A stretch of DNA of 64,000 nt from a virus. A program made the position numbers and the translations under genes. The notes beneath the pieces were generated by a model. The model did not search any database and was not told the origin of the DNA. It was given only the letters and a program-made list of their open reading frames with translations. Positions 48,154 to 58,029 of the stretch are shown here, one piece after another (within the stretch, counting starts at the first letter, position 1; each line of letters starts with the position of its first letter). The stretch lies in the IMG/VR virus record IMGVR_UViG_3300032236_000862, positions 36,329 to 100,328 of that record; one strand, 5' to 3'.

Positions 48154-48372
48154 TTAGTCCTCTTCTAGATAGTCGTCCTTAGGCCTGTCATCTACACGTA
48201 CATAATCTTCTGGCATATCTACTGGGGTTGGGGCGGTTGCCTTAGTTCCACAGAGTACGCACTCCATCTCAAGCATATACATTGAGATCTCATAGTCTTC
48301 GAACATACACTGCACATTCCAAAGCATTGAACCGCAAGGGCAAACGTGTGTTGGCTCTCCTGTAATGTCCAT
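48154..48372 (-). CDS. Small zinc-ribbon protein
   Basis: CPCG...CVLCG. Confidence 0.7.
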   Translation of the reverse strand: MDITGEPTHVCPCGSMLWNVQCMFEDYEISMYMLEMECVLCGTKATAPTPVDMPEDYVRVDDRPKDDYLEED

Positions 48373-48404
48373 TGCTTCTGAATAATCTGGCTTAGGGATA
48401 TCTC

Positions 48405-48653
48405 TTATATTTTTGATAATCGTAACCGCTTTCTTTCTCTAGGTGTTGTACCTCCCCAGATGCCCTGTAGCATCGGGGTCTGCATTGCGTAATCTAGGCA
48501 CTTGTCTTTGATCCAGCAGTTGTCACAAACTGCTTTAGCTTTTTCAACCTGTGCTGTATCCGAGTAATACTCTGGAAAGAAAAGATTTGAGTCTTCTTCA
48601 ATGCAGAGTTGAGTACCGTCAAACGGACTAGATCTGAGTACCAAAGGATCCAT
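48405..48653 (-). CDS. whiB: WhiB-family transcription factor
   Basis: C...LFFP, AKAVCDNC...C, GIWGGTTPRER; probable ATG at 48653. Confidence 0.9.
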   Translation of the reverse strand: MDPLVLRSSPFDGTQLCIEEDSNLFFPEYYSDTAQVEKAKAVCDNCWIKDKCLDYAMQTPMLQGIWGGTTPRERKRLRLSKI

Positions 48654-49863
48654 ACTCTTCAAAGCGTCCGCCCTCCCAGTCCCAAAGTAAGTCGCTAGTA
48701 GCTGGGCCGGAGTTACGGCTAGCCACGATGCGAAGTTCACGTGAGGAATCATCTTCCTCGTCTTGCTTTTGAAGTCCCAAGATAACGTCTGAGTCTTGGA
48801 AGAATGATGATGAGTAACCGATAGAGTCTGCGCTTACCTGGCCACGCTTCATCTTCCAAAGAAGAACCTGGGTTGAGATAACGATAGGGATGTTCTGCCT
48901 TTGCGCCAAACGCTTTAGGTTACGAGTAATGCTGGTAAGTGCTCCCGGAGTATTTGACTCTCCGCTTGCCTCGTCCACCATCAAGTACACGCCGTCTACA
49001 AAAACAATATCTGGACGAATCTTTTCGATCTTTGCTTGAAGTCCTGAGACAGTCATAGCAGAGGAAGAATCCGTAAGATAGAACTTCTGCATGGAGTCCA
49101 TCTTCTTAAGCGCCTCTTTGTACCGGCGTTCTTCGTCAAGGTTGAGGTTTCCACGAACAAGTCGAGAGTGGGCAATCTTAGCTCGCATTGCATCGTGACG
49201 GTGTTGCTGCTCAATGTTGGTCATCTCAAAAGACTGGAACATAGGGACGTAACCATCTTCGTGCACGTTAACAGCAATCTGCATAGCTAGCACAGACTTA
49301 CCTGTCTTAGGAGGAGCAATGATAGTAATTAGCTGACCTGGCTGTAACCCGGCAGTAGCTTCGTCAATAGTCTTGAAGCCGGTGCGGTAGCCAAGCAGAC
49401 CCCCATCACGAGTCTTGATAGACATGTACTCATCAAAGCGCTTTTCAGGCGCCTCAGTAAGATCTATATCAGAGGTCTGTGCGATGCCCTCGTCAAAGAT
49501 TGTAGAGATACCTTGAGCCATCTCTGCGATAGCCTTCTCGTGATCTCCAGAAGCAATGGACTCTGCGGCGTTCTGCACAACCTCGATAGTCTTCTGGCGC
49601 TTACGGTAGTCAACTAGTTGATCTACAAGATACTCAAGCGAATCCTCTACGGCAAGCAAACGATAAGTAGGGAAGTTATCCTTAACCGTTACGGCTGTTG
49701 GGACCTCTTCGTACTTTGTCCAGTGCTGCCTAATAAACTTCCAGACAGCTCGGTTCTCCGCATTGTAAAACCAGTTGTCTTCTAACCCGGCCTCTAAGGC
49801 AGGTATGATCTCACGGGTACGTACTACCCTAGAGATTAACCTCTCTTCGTTATCTGCCGCCAT
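48628..49863 (-). CDS. dnaB: DnaB-like replicative helicase
   Basis: TGF..ID..T.GLQPG, APPKTGKS, SFEM, VDGVYLM, LK.LA, QDSDV. Confidence 0.93.
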   Translation of the reverse strand: MAADNEERLISRVVRTREIIPALEAGLEDNWFYNAENRAVWKFIRQHWTKYEEVPTAVTVKDNFPTYRLLAVEDSLEYLVDQLVDYRKRQKTIEVVQNAAESIASGDHEKAIAEMAQGISTIFDEGIAQTSDIDLTEAPEKRFDEYMSIKTRDGGLLGYRTGFKTIDEATAGLQPGQLITIIAPPKTGKSVLAMQIAVNVHEDGYVPMFQSFEMTNIEQQHRHDAMRAKIAHSRLVRGNLNLDEERRYKEALKKMDSMQKFYLTDSSSAMTVSGLQAKIEKIRPDIVFVDGVYLMVDEASGESNTPGALTSITRNLKRLAQRQNIPIVISTQVLLWKMKRGQVSADSIGYSSSFFQDSDVILGLQKQDEEDDSSRELRIVASRNSGPATSDLLWDWEGGRFEEYGSFGTQI

Positions 49864-50568
49864 TATCTGCCCCCAGATTCATGTACCAGTGCCCATAACG
49901 TAAACCACGCTCGGGTATATCAATAACATGCTTTACCTCTGGCCTGTAAGGTAGTTCTGCCACAAGGTCTGCCACAACGCTATACGCACTGGCATAATTA
50001 AACGGATTAGTTCCTAGATTATCTAGGTCCTCAAGCACCTCATCCATTTCTTTCTGACTATACTCAAAGCCAACAAGCTCTAGCGTATACTCGTAACTAT
50101 CTCTGAATCTCCAAAACGTGGCCAGAGCTAAGCGGTTATATGTAACCTCTTCTTCTGGAATCGTTAACCCCAATACTTTTTTCAAAGAGGGGCGACGATC
50201 TATAATGCAGTCAAGAGTAACTAAGACTCTTTGGGGAACTTCGTTTGATATGTCGCCCCCACGCATATCTAGAGAACCTCTACCCGACCATACTTGACAA
50301 GAAACTGTCTAAAGTTTTCAGGATCTTCTTTTGCAATAGACGACTCTTCCCTAGAAGCTTTGTTAGAAACTTCTACCGGATAGATGCCGTTGTTTGCTAG
50401 CATCTTCTTCTGAACAAACGAGGTATGCTTACAACGAGTTCTAGAAGAGTGGCCCGGACAATCGCAACGAAGGCGAGCAGTCTCTAGGTTAATCTCTACG
50501 CTGTGAACTCCGGTGTCGGACAAGAAGATCTGCGTTGCCTGCCATTCTTTCATAGTCATATCCTTCAT
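49850..50568 (-). CDS. Hypothetical gene (49850-50266) and SWIM-type zinc-finger gene (50269-50568)
   Basis: CDCP...CKH in the latter. Confidence 0.7.
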
Positions 50569-51239
50569 TTACGTCGGTCCCCCTTAGGTGCAATTATCGC
50601 AAGATTCATAAAAGCTTCACGGGCAAAACTCTCCATAGATTCGCCGTAGATGTACCAGTCCTTGAGAGGAACGTTTGTCGTAACAATCGTTGGTAACCCT
50701 GCGTTGTATCTGGAACGTAGCAGAGCATCAAACTGATTCTCTGACCACTTAGAGCCTGTGCGGTATTCCTTGCCTAGGTCGTCCAGTACAAAGACTGGAA
50801 CGTTGTTGGACTTGTCAGCGTCTCCGTAGATGCTATCAAGCTTAAGTTGGACATTTTCGTCCATTTCGTCAAACTGAGACTTCTGAAGCCGTAGAAGCTT
50901 TGGATAGTCCATAAAGACCCCTACACGCTTTGGAAGCTTTCCTGGAGTTCCTAGTGTCTCTCCTGAGATACCCCTAATAAGGCTTTGGAGGGCCGTAGAA
51001 GCCAGCGTAGTCTTCCCGTGACCTGGTTCCCCTACTAGCAGTACACCAAGGCCGCATTTAGGGCTTCCAACCTTTTTAATGACCTCTCCAGCTAGAACAC
51101 TGTCCACCCATTTCTTGACGGCCAAAACTTCTGCTGTCTGGTCTAGATCTGAGAACTCTTTGCCGATTGACTTTAGTGGGACTCCGGAGTTGAGAATCTG
51201 CTTCTGGATTGTTGGAGACTCTTTGGTGATATCAAACAT
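50565..51239 (-). CDS. DnaC/IstB-like helicase loader
   Basis: GEPGHGKT, LDDLGKE, R..A.LPTIVTTN. Confidence 0.9.
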   Translation of the reverse strand: MFDITKESPTIQKQILNSGVPLKSIGKEFSDLDQTAEVLAVKKWVDSVLAGEVIKKVGSPKCGLGVLLVGEPGHGKTTLASTALQSLIRGISGETLGTPGKLPKRVGVFMDYPKLLRLQKSQFDEMDENVQLKLDSIYGDADKSNNVPVFVLDDLGKEYRTGSKWSENQFDALLRSRYNAGLPTIVTTNVPLKDWYIYGESMESFAREAFMNLAIIAPKGDRRK

Positions 51240-52172
51240 TTACTCCCCCTCTAGTAGTCGCATCATCTTTTCTTGCTGGGCTAAGAAGTCTTCATCTACG
51301 TAAACCTTCTTAGTAGTTCCTTTAATCTGTGCTTGGGTTGTTTGGTAGTAAGCAAAGAACCTCTGCCACAAAGGCTTGCCGTTTCCTACATCGTGTAAGT
51401 TGCGAGGATCTGCAAAGAACATTCGGATGCCCTTTAGGATAACTACACGCTCAGTGCCTTCGCCAACCTTCTTGTTGATCCATGTGCTGAGAGTCTGGCT
51501 GTTAACCTGATCGGACATTCCGTGATTGGCTTTGTCTGAAAGGTCGTAGAACTCTGAAACAAGATCGCTAGTGGACCAAAGCTCCTCTGGAGTGTTGATC
51601 CTGTCCTCGCCGTAACGTTGGGCTTTGACTGGCTTCTTGTATTTTGCGTTCAGACGAGCCTGACGGTCTTCAAGCTTTCCTACAGCTCCAACAACATCAT
51701 CGCCCTTCATAGCCTCTAGGCGACGAAGTTGGCTCTTGGTTAGCGGGGTTTCTTCTTCCCCATCAAGATTCCACGCCACTGTTTCCTCCTTAAGAGGCGC
51801 TTGCGCCTCAATAGATACAGTTACGTTAGTAACTGTATCTATGTTAGTACTAGTAGTTATATCACTAGTAGTTGCATAGTTGTCTATATACAGGTGCCCT
51901 GAAAACCCGTTATTCAGAGACATGAGCTTTACAGCCTCGTCCGTGAACTTAAGTTGAGATACCCACTGGTTGTTGTTCCGTACCCGGACAGTCTTGATGT
52001 ACCTAAAGTCCTTGAGTTCGTTGATGGCAGCCTGAAGAGCGTCACGGCCTTCCATGACGTCTTGACTTGCCCTGAGTTCATCTGCTGAAATTACTCTACC
52101 CTTTTCCGCAAAATGGTAGAACAAAGCTTTAGCCCTAAGCGAAAGCTTAGGATTTGAAATTGGTTTTAACAT
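51240..52172 (-). CDS. Replication initiator-like protein (N-terminal wHTH)
   Basis: LSLRAKAL...EGRDALQAAINELKDFRYI; directly upstream of the loader and helicase. Confidence 0.75.
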   Translation of the reverse strand: MLKPISNPKLSLRAKALFYHFAEKGRVISADELRASQDVMEGRDALQAAINELKDFRYIKTVRVRNNNQWVSQLKFTDEAVKLMSLNNGFSGHLYIDNYATTSDITTSTNIDTVTNVTVSIEAQAPLKEETVAWNLDGEEETPLTKSQLRRLEAMKGDDVVGAVGKLEDRQARLNAKYKKPVKAQRYGEDRINTPEELWSTSDLVSEFYDLSDKANHGMSDQVNSQTLSTWINKKVGEGTERVVILKGIRMFFADPRNLHDVGNGKPLWQRFFAYYQTTQAQIKGTTKKVYVDEDFLAQQEKMMRLLEGE

Positions 52173-52192
52173 ATTACCCTCCTGGTTATAGT

Positions 52193-52468
52193 TTACCGCC
52201 TAGGTATACGGTTTGGCAAACCACGAGCCGTTCTAGGATTCACTCCCGTAAAAAGTTGCTCGACAAGGTATGACAAAGTGAGCCCCACGAATGTGGAGGC
52301 TAAGGAGTAGACGAATAAATATTTTGTCCGTGTATCTAAGTTTAGACAAAACAAAGTAGAAAGTACAAGAGCTGTTAAGCCCCTCCACTTACCGAGATTG
52401 ATTAACAACCCCTCCACAGCCGTTAGTAAACATGCTGTGGCAAGTCCCGAGATAATTACTAGTGTCAT
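52193..52468 (-). CDS. Multi-pass small membrane protein
   Basis: Hydrophobic segments; leaderless TATACT 6 nt before ATG 52468. Confidence 0.7.
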   Translation of the reverse strand: MTLVIISGLATACLLTAVEGLLINLGKWRGLTALVLSTLFCLNLDTRTKYLFVYSLASTFVGLTLSYLVEQLFTGVNPRTARGLPNRIPRR

Positions 52469-52472
52469 GGCA

Positions 52473-55400
52473 TTAGTATACGGGGCGAAGAACCACCCTG
52501 TCAATTCCGAACGCAACAGTGTTGCTGTTGCCTCCTGTTGGAGTACACGTTACACTTATAACTGCATAAGCTGCGCCCACTAAGTTAGATGTGTAGAACG
52601 TAGTTCCTAAGTATGCCCAACGGTTTGTTTGAGTAACCGTTGCAGTAACAGGTGTGTTAGTTGGAGAACCTGTAGTTGCAGTCCATACCGCAGTTCCCGC
52701 AGCATTGTAGAAAGTAGTTGTAAGAGTAAACGTTCCAACAGCCGCAGTCTCTGGTCGTACTGCTACAGCTAGATAAAGTTTTGTGTTACCTGGAATATAA
52801 ACGTTTCCAGTTGTAATACCAAAACTAGATCCGGTACCGGCGCTTAACACTCTTGCGTACGCTTGTCCATGAGAAACGTTATCACCAAACAACATACCTC
52901 TAGATACTTGTCGAGTAAGAGTTGCAGTTACTCCGCTCCAGTTACCTAAGCTTGATTCAAAAGAAGAGTTAGGTACAAGTGACGAAGTTAGATCAGAATA
53001 GCCAGGGGTACTAACTCCAGAGTCAATCCTCCATGAGTTACCTAAGGCAACTAAAGAACCAAGACTATTCTTAAGACGAGATGCTTTAACACTGTAGTTA
53101 TAGAAGTAACTTCCTTTTCCACTACCAATGCTGGCTCGTCTTGCAGACCAAATTGTCTTTGCCGTGTTTAGCGGGTTAGGTACAGAAACCGTAGGGCTTG
53201 AGGTAACCAAGAATTGATTAGGTACCCGGCCGTATTCCACCTGAACAGCGTCAATGTGGAAGTATGTGTTACCTGTTCCTGTTATTGTAAAGGTTGGTGC
53301 AGTTGCGCCAGCCGCCAATGTTTGCACGGTACTGATCCTAGTCCAATTAGAAGATTGCGCAGCAGGTACAGTAAATGTGCTTGAGCCAATAGTGTATGTG
53401 TAGGCGACACCTGCAGGTCCACGAACGTAAGCAGAGATTACAACGTCTTCTCCACCCAAAGCTGCTCCAGGAAGATAATAGGTTCCCGTAATTGTTCCAA
53501 GAGTGGTGTAAGTTACCTTACCCCAAGATGTTCCGTCATAAGCCAATGTGTAGCCGTTGTCACTAGAACTTTTTGTAATGGTTGTTCCGGTACCAGCAGA
53601 CCAATCTGACGTGTCTGTTTCAAACGAACTGTTGGACATAAAGTTAGAGATAACCTTGGTCTCCCAAAGACAGTTATTGATATTGTGGTAAGGGGCTTTG
53701 GTTGGATCTGTTGGAGTAACTCCGCCGTTTCCAGAGTAGTAGTTGTTAACTGTAGAAGACGGCTCTAACATTGCTGCGTCTACCCAAAACGTTTGGCCGG
53801 TAGTTGCGTTAGGGAAGTACACAGAACACTTAGCTAACGGCATGCCTGAATCTTGGTCATACTGCGGAGCAATAGCTGTTACACCAAGCTGCGTAGTAGT
53901 TGTACCAATGGTGGCATTATTTGTTTGGGTATACACAGTAGTTGGGTAGTACTGGCCATTAGCGTCAGAGTAAATAGTTCCAGTACTTACTGGAATAATT
54001 GAGTTACCGTTGCTTGAAGTTTGGTAGCTAGGTTGATTAGAAAATTCAATCTGAACATAGGCAGGTTGAGAAGTGCCTGCGGTTATGTAAGCACTAAAGG
54101 TAAACAAAGTTCCAGGATCAACAGGAACCCAATCAGTTACATAGCCTACATATACGCTGCTACTTGCGTTAGCCGTAGCTGTCAGTTTAGCTGAATAAGT
54201 TCCGTGGACTACGTTTGTGGTATCTAGTGCAAGAGTTCCATTTAAACCTGCCCAAGAGTGCAAGCTTCCTGTAGAGACTAACGTAACTGCAGAAGCAGGG
54301 CTTTCAAAGTCTGGGTTAGGAAGGTAGTTCTCACCCTCACCCTTAATACCTACGTGAATAGTCCTTGAGTCTTCAAAGTAAAGCGACTGGTTAGCTACCT
54401 TAAGTTGGAAGTAGTCAAAAGCGTAGTTGGTTGCAGTGGCTGCTGATGGAGTTATTGTAAGAATGATCTTAGCAAACGATGCGTTAATAGGTGCGGTGCT
54501 TCCTACCAATCCAGCATACGTACTGAATCTTTGCCACGCAGTTGAAGAGGTTGTGGTAGGGCCGGCAGCGGTAGTGCTGATATACAAACCTGTGTAGGTG
54601 TACCAAGCAATCTGGGCGGCGATGGTTGCTGAAACTCCACCAGTCTGATGTGTGATATATCCACTAAAGATATAGTTAGTACCGGCAGCTACGGGAATAC
54701 CGTAGGTGGTGATGTCTGCTGCCGAAGATGGCAACGACATGGTTACAGCAGTTGTTGCAGCAGTGGCAAGCTTGGCATAGCCTACGCTTCTAGGAAGAAA
54801 CGCAGTGTCATAAACCATAGTTGTTGGATACAGAGTAGCGGGGAAAGTCCCGGTATAGTTTCCGTTAACATCCTTGGTATAAATGTTCTGCGTAAAAGTT
54901 CCGCTGCTTACGTTCCAAGCACCAAGAGATTCTTCAAAAGAAGAATCGTTATAGGTTAACATTAGGTTAAGGCCTGTAGTAACGGTGTTTTCTAGGTGGG
55001 TAGCCGCAACTGTATAGTTCTTAAGTCCAAGAGGTTGACCTTTGTATGAAGAGATGACGTTTCCTGCAGATGCCAATGATCTATGGTAGCTATCTCCCAA
55101 AGATGGTTGGTAGGTAAATCCAAAGTCTAAGATCTTAGGGTATAGGAATGCATTTGGTGTGTAGACAAAGTTATTAGATTTGGCTAAAAGCTCGCCTTCA
55201 GTTCTAAACAGGTCGTACATAAAGGCAAACTGCTGCATTACTTTATAAAAGGTAGTGTTAGTGTCCCCAGTATTACCAGAATTTGGTACACCTGTTTGAT
55301 CTAGAGACTCAGAATCGTTAAACCAAACTCTTGGAAGCCAAGAAGAGAGTTGAATTAGCGATTCTTTATCTTCTACAATCTTTGCATAGCTGTCTCCGCA

Positions 55401-55766
55401 GAAGTGCCAGATAGACCCATCAAAAACCCAAATAGAGTAGCTTGCTTCTTTTCCAACAGAGTCATAGTTAATGTCTATATAGTTTGAGCCATAGCCTGTA
55501 TAAGTAACACCACTAGATGAGTAAGGTCCTCCAGCAAGCTTGATACCATCATTAGGGTTATCAAGAGTACTAGTGTAGCTTTTAACTAGCATCCAGTATG
55601 TAGGTGCAGAGTCAGAAGACGGCCATGTAATGGTGGTCCAACTAACCGATACAGTTCCATATGTGGTAGCCGTAGCAACTACATTAGCATTGTAGTACGC
55701 TGTTGTGTTAGACGCTGTGCCGTACTTAAACCCTGAGTTATATATCGAGGTATTATACTTAGCCAT
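52473..55766 (-). CDS. Baseplate/tail protein with repeated carbohydrate-binding-like modules
   Basis: Four N/D-S/P-S/D-FE...W repeats; YKG...G motif; follows baseplate J. Confidence 0.75.
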   Translation of the reverse strand: MAKYNTSIYNSGFKYGTASNTTAYYNANVVATATTYGTVSVSWTTITWPSSDSAPTYWMLVKSYTSTLDNPNDGIKLAGGPYSSSGVTYTGYGSNYIDINYDSVGKEASYSIWVFDGSIWHFCGDSYAKIVEDKESLIQLSSWLPRVWFNDSESLDQTGVPNSGNTGDTNTTFYKVMQQFAFMYDLFRTEGELLAKSNNFVYTPNAFLYPKILDFGFTYQPSLGDSYHRSLASAGNVISSYKGQPLGLKNYTVAATHLENTVTTGLNLMLTYNDSSFEESLGAWNVSSGTFTQNIYTKDVNGNYTGTFPATLYPTTMVYDTAFLPRSVGYAKLATAATTAVTMSLPSSAADITTYGIPVAAGTNYIFSGYITHQTGGVSATIAAQIAWYTYTGLYISTTAAGPTTTSSTAWQRFSTYAGLVGSTAPINASFAKIILTITPSAATATNYAFDYFQLKVANQSLYFEDSRTIHVGIKGEGENYLPNPDFESPASAVTLVSTGSLHSWAGLNGTLALDTTNVVHGTYSAKLTATANASSSVYVGYVTDWVPVDPGTLFTFSAYITAGTSQPAYVQIEFSNQPSYQTSSNGNSIIPVSTGTIYSDANGQYYPTTVYTQTNNATIGTTTTQLGVTAIAPQYDQDSGMPLAKCSVYFPNATTGQTFWVDAAMLEPSSTVNNYYSGNGGVTPTDPTKAPYHNINNCLWETKVISNFMSNSSFETDTSDWSAGTGTTITKSSSDNGYTLAYDGTSWGKVTYTTLGTITGTYYLPGAALGGEDVVISAYVRGPAGVAYTYTIGSSTFTVPAAQSSNWTRISTVQTLAAGATAPTFTITGTGNTYFHIDAVQVEYGRVPNQFLVTSSPTVSVPNPLNTAKTIWSARRASIGSGKGSYFYNYSVKASRLKNSLGSLVALGNSWRIDSGVSTPGYSDLTSSLVPNSSFESSLGNWSGVTATLTRQVSRGMLFGDNVSHGQAYARVLSAGTGSSFGITTGNVYIPGNTKLYLAVAVRPETAAVGTFTLTTTFYNAAGTAVWTATTGSPTNTPVTATVTQTNRWAYLGTTFYTSNLVGAAYAVISVTCTPTGGNSNTVAFGIDRVVLRPVY

Positions 55767-55777
55767 TTACTGCCTCC

Positions 55778-57616
55778 TTAGGATGTAATACCGCCACTGG
55801 CGTTAATAACTAGGTTTGTAGCCGTTAAGAACGGAATCTGGTTTGCTGCCAAAGACAAGTCGCTTGGTAAAACTCCTGCAGATGGGGTAGAGCCGTCTGT
55901 GCTGAATTGAGTTGGTACTACCGACACTACTCCGTTTACAGCCTGCAGTGTGCTAATAAGCTGAGACACGGGGATGCTTGCGCCAAACGTATTATTGTTA
56001 TATTCAAATAAACCACCTGCTCCAAGAACAGCCTGGTAGATACCTAAGACAACATCCGAGTTTTTATACGCAGGGTTTACTTTTACGGTTAAGGTTAGAT
56101 AAACCGGTACGTAAACTGGTGGAAGAATAGTAAGTGTGGTTCCTAACATAATCTTGTCAGCCATATAGCTAGCTACAGTTGACTTTAAGGAATTAGATAA
56201 GGAAGTGCCCGATACAGATCCCCAAGCACTGGTAGGTGTTAGGTTAACTACAGTTCCAGAAACAAAAGGATCTAGTCCTCCTGTAGTTAACGTTCCTGTT
56301 ACAGCACTGGCAATAGTAAAGGTATTTGCCCCAGTAACTGTAATAGCCTGGCCTTGTAAGTTGTATGTGTACGGACGAATTCCAGAGATGTTTACTAAAT
56401 CTCCAGTTGCAAAGTTGTGGGCATACTTAGTTGTATATGAAACAAGAGATCCTGTTCCACCGCTGCCAGATGTTCCGACATCGGTAATTACTGCCGAAGG
56501 AAGGCCCGGGGTTGGTGAGGTAGATCCCGCAGAGATTGGCTGCACATAAAGGTTGACTGATGTAAAGACGTTTGCAGTTGCAGCCGCCTTTCCTACACCA
56601 AAAGCCTTTAGAGCAATGTTTCCATAATCAGCTAAAGTCACAGCCCTATTTCTAGACCTGATAGCAGCTTGTACTTTTGTTCTAATCTGTGTGATGCTAT
56701 CCCCATCAGCACCGCCAGATGCTGCAAGAGAGTTAGTAACAGTAAAGTATGTAGAGACCTGTGGGTCAACGTTTCCAGGAACAAAAGAAATTTCTGCAAT
56801 AGCTCCAGCCAAAACGTTTCCAGAAGAACCTACGCTATTCCTATACAGGGAGCTGATAAGTTGTCCAGACAAAGGTACTGCACCATTAATTCCATCACCA
56901 AACTGAATGTTAATGGTACCGTCAGCATTTCTAACAGTAGTAAAGACCGTGTCCTTAGGTCCTGCTTCTAATAGGTTGTCTAAGTATGTCCAAGTATTAA
57001 AAGCAACGCCCTGTCCTACGTACACGTAGATAGAGCTGTCAATCACACCAAGATCAATAATTGTATAGGACTGGTTAGCACTTCCATCCGAAGTGCCCAA
57101 GCTTAGAGGAAGTGCCTGGTTATATGTGCTGTCAATCAAGTCAGGACGGTCAGTGTTTACTGTCTTTCCTTCAGTAGCTGTTACTGTAACTTGAGCGCCA
57201 GGCTGAACTGCTGTAGCTGCTTGAGTTGTTTCAAAGTACGCCAAAGAATAGGGACCGTATGTAAGTGGGGCAATGACCTGAGTTCCAACCGGAAGCGTAA
57301 CTGTGTTGGTACTTGTGTTAGTAAAGGTTACAGATACCGTTGCAGGTACCGGACCACTTGGGTGGTAGTCGTAAAGGGTAGCAAGGTTTAAAAGACTCTG
57401 TGTTTGAATAGCTGTTTGAATGGATGTTTCATTAGCTGCTCGGTCAAGGTAGTGTGACATGATGTCACCCATGTAAGCAAAGGTTTCAACCAAGACGTTA
57501 CCCAAATCTGAGTAATCTGTAGGATTCCACTGAGTACCGGTAGCGGTAGAGATCAGGTTAATAAGGTCCGACTTTAAAGCATTAAAGTCTCTGGAGGTGT
57601 AGTCAATTTGAGTCAT
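55778..57616 (-). CDS. Baseplate J / gp6-like wedge protein
   Basis: IDYTSRDF, SDLG..L.E..AY.GD, FGDG.NG.VP, GGAD.DS, RAVT..DY. Confidence 0.9.
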   Translation of the reverse strand: MTQIDYTSRDFNALKSDLINLISTATGTQWNPTDYSDLGNVLVETFAYMGDIMSHYLDRAANETSIQTAIQTQSLLNLATLYDYHPSGPVPATVSVTFTNTSTNTVTLPVGTQVIAPLTYGPYSLAYFETTQAATAVQPGAQVTVTATEGKTVNTDRPDLIDSTYNQALPLSLGTSDGSANQSYTIIDLGVIDSSIYVYVGQGVAFNTWTYLDNLLEAGPKDTVFTTVRNADGTINIQFGDGINGAVPLSGQLISSLYRNSVGSSGNVLAGAIAEISFVPGNVDPQVSTYFTVTNSLAASGGADGDSITQIRTKVQAAIRSRNRAVTLADYGNIALKAFGVGKAAATANVFTSVNLYVQPISAGSTSPTPGLPSAVITDVGTSGSGGTGSLVSYTTKYAHNFATGDLVNISGIRPYTYNLQGQAITVTGANTFTIASAVTGTLTTGGLDPFVSGTVVNLTPTSAWGSVSGTSLSNSLKSTVASYMADKIMLGTTLTILPPVYVPVYLTLTVKVNPAYKNSDVVLGIYQAVLGAGGLFEYNNNTFGASIPVSQLISTLQAVNGVVSVVPTQFSTDGSTPSAGVLPSDLSLAANQIPFLTATNLVINASGGITS

Positions 57617-57618
57617 GA

Positions 57619-58029
57619 TCAGATTCCCGTTGGTCCGTAGTAGTTGAAGGTAGCAAGGTTAGCGGTTAAAGAGGCAATGTCGTCGTTAGGAAGCACAATA
57701 CTTATAGACACAGTATCTACTCCTTGATAGTCTACCCCGGAGGTAGTGACCGTAACATCTTTAATATCTGGCAACCAGGTCTTGATGGCTGTCTTGATGG
57801 CTTGTGGAATAGCAAGTTTAGCATCATTATCGTTTTCAAACAAGGCGGATGCCCAGTTGACCCCGTAGTTAGGCAGCATAGGTCGTTGACCGATGTTGGT
57901 ACTTAATAGGGTAAGAACCCTATCCAGATAAATCTTAACTAGGCTTTGGGCCTGGTTTACTACTCCAGTGTTTGGATCAACACTGTAAGGATAGCTTAAA
58001 GCTGCTGTCATGACTGTACTCCAATCCAT
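57619..58029 (-). CDS. gp25/W-like baseplate wedge protein
   Basis: LLST..GQRPM.P.YG...LFE...W.P. Confidence 0.88.
   Translation of the reverse strand: MDWSTVMTAALSYPYSVDPNTGVVNQAQSLVKIYLDRVLTLLSTNIGQRPMLPNYGVNWASALFENDNDAKLAIPQAIKTAIKTWLPDIKDVTVTTSGVDYQGVDTVSISIVLPNDDIASLTANLATFNYYGPTGI

Noticed and set aside
21911-49863. Inteins or introns in nrdJ, recA, polA and dnaB
   Set aside because: Lengths are normal and the conserved motifs are contiguous.
7957-51896. ACCTGTATATAG at 7957, 8683 and inverted at 51884
   Set aside because: Matches of 12-13 bp occur by chance in 64 kb and the three contexts are inconsistent.
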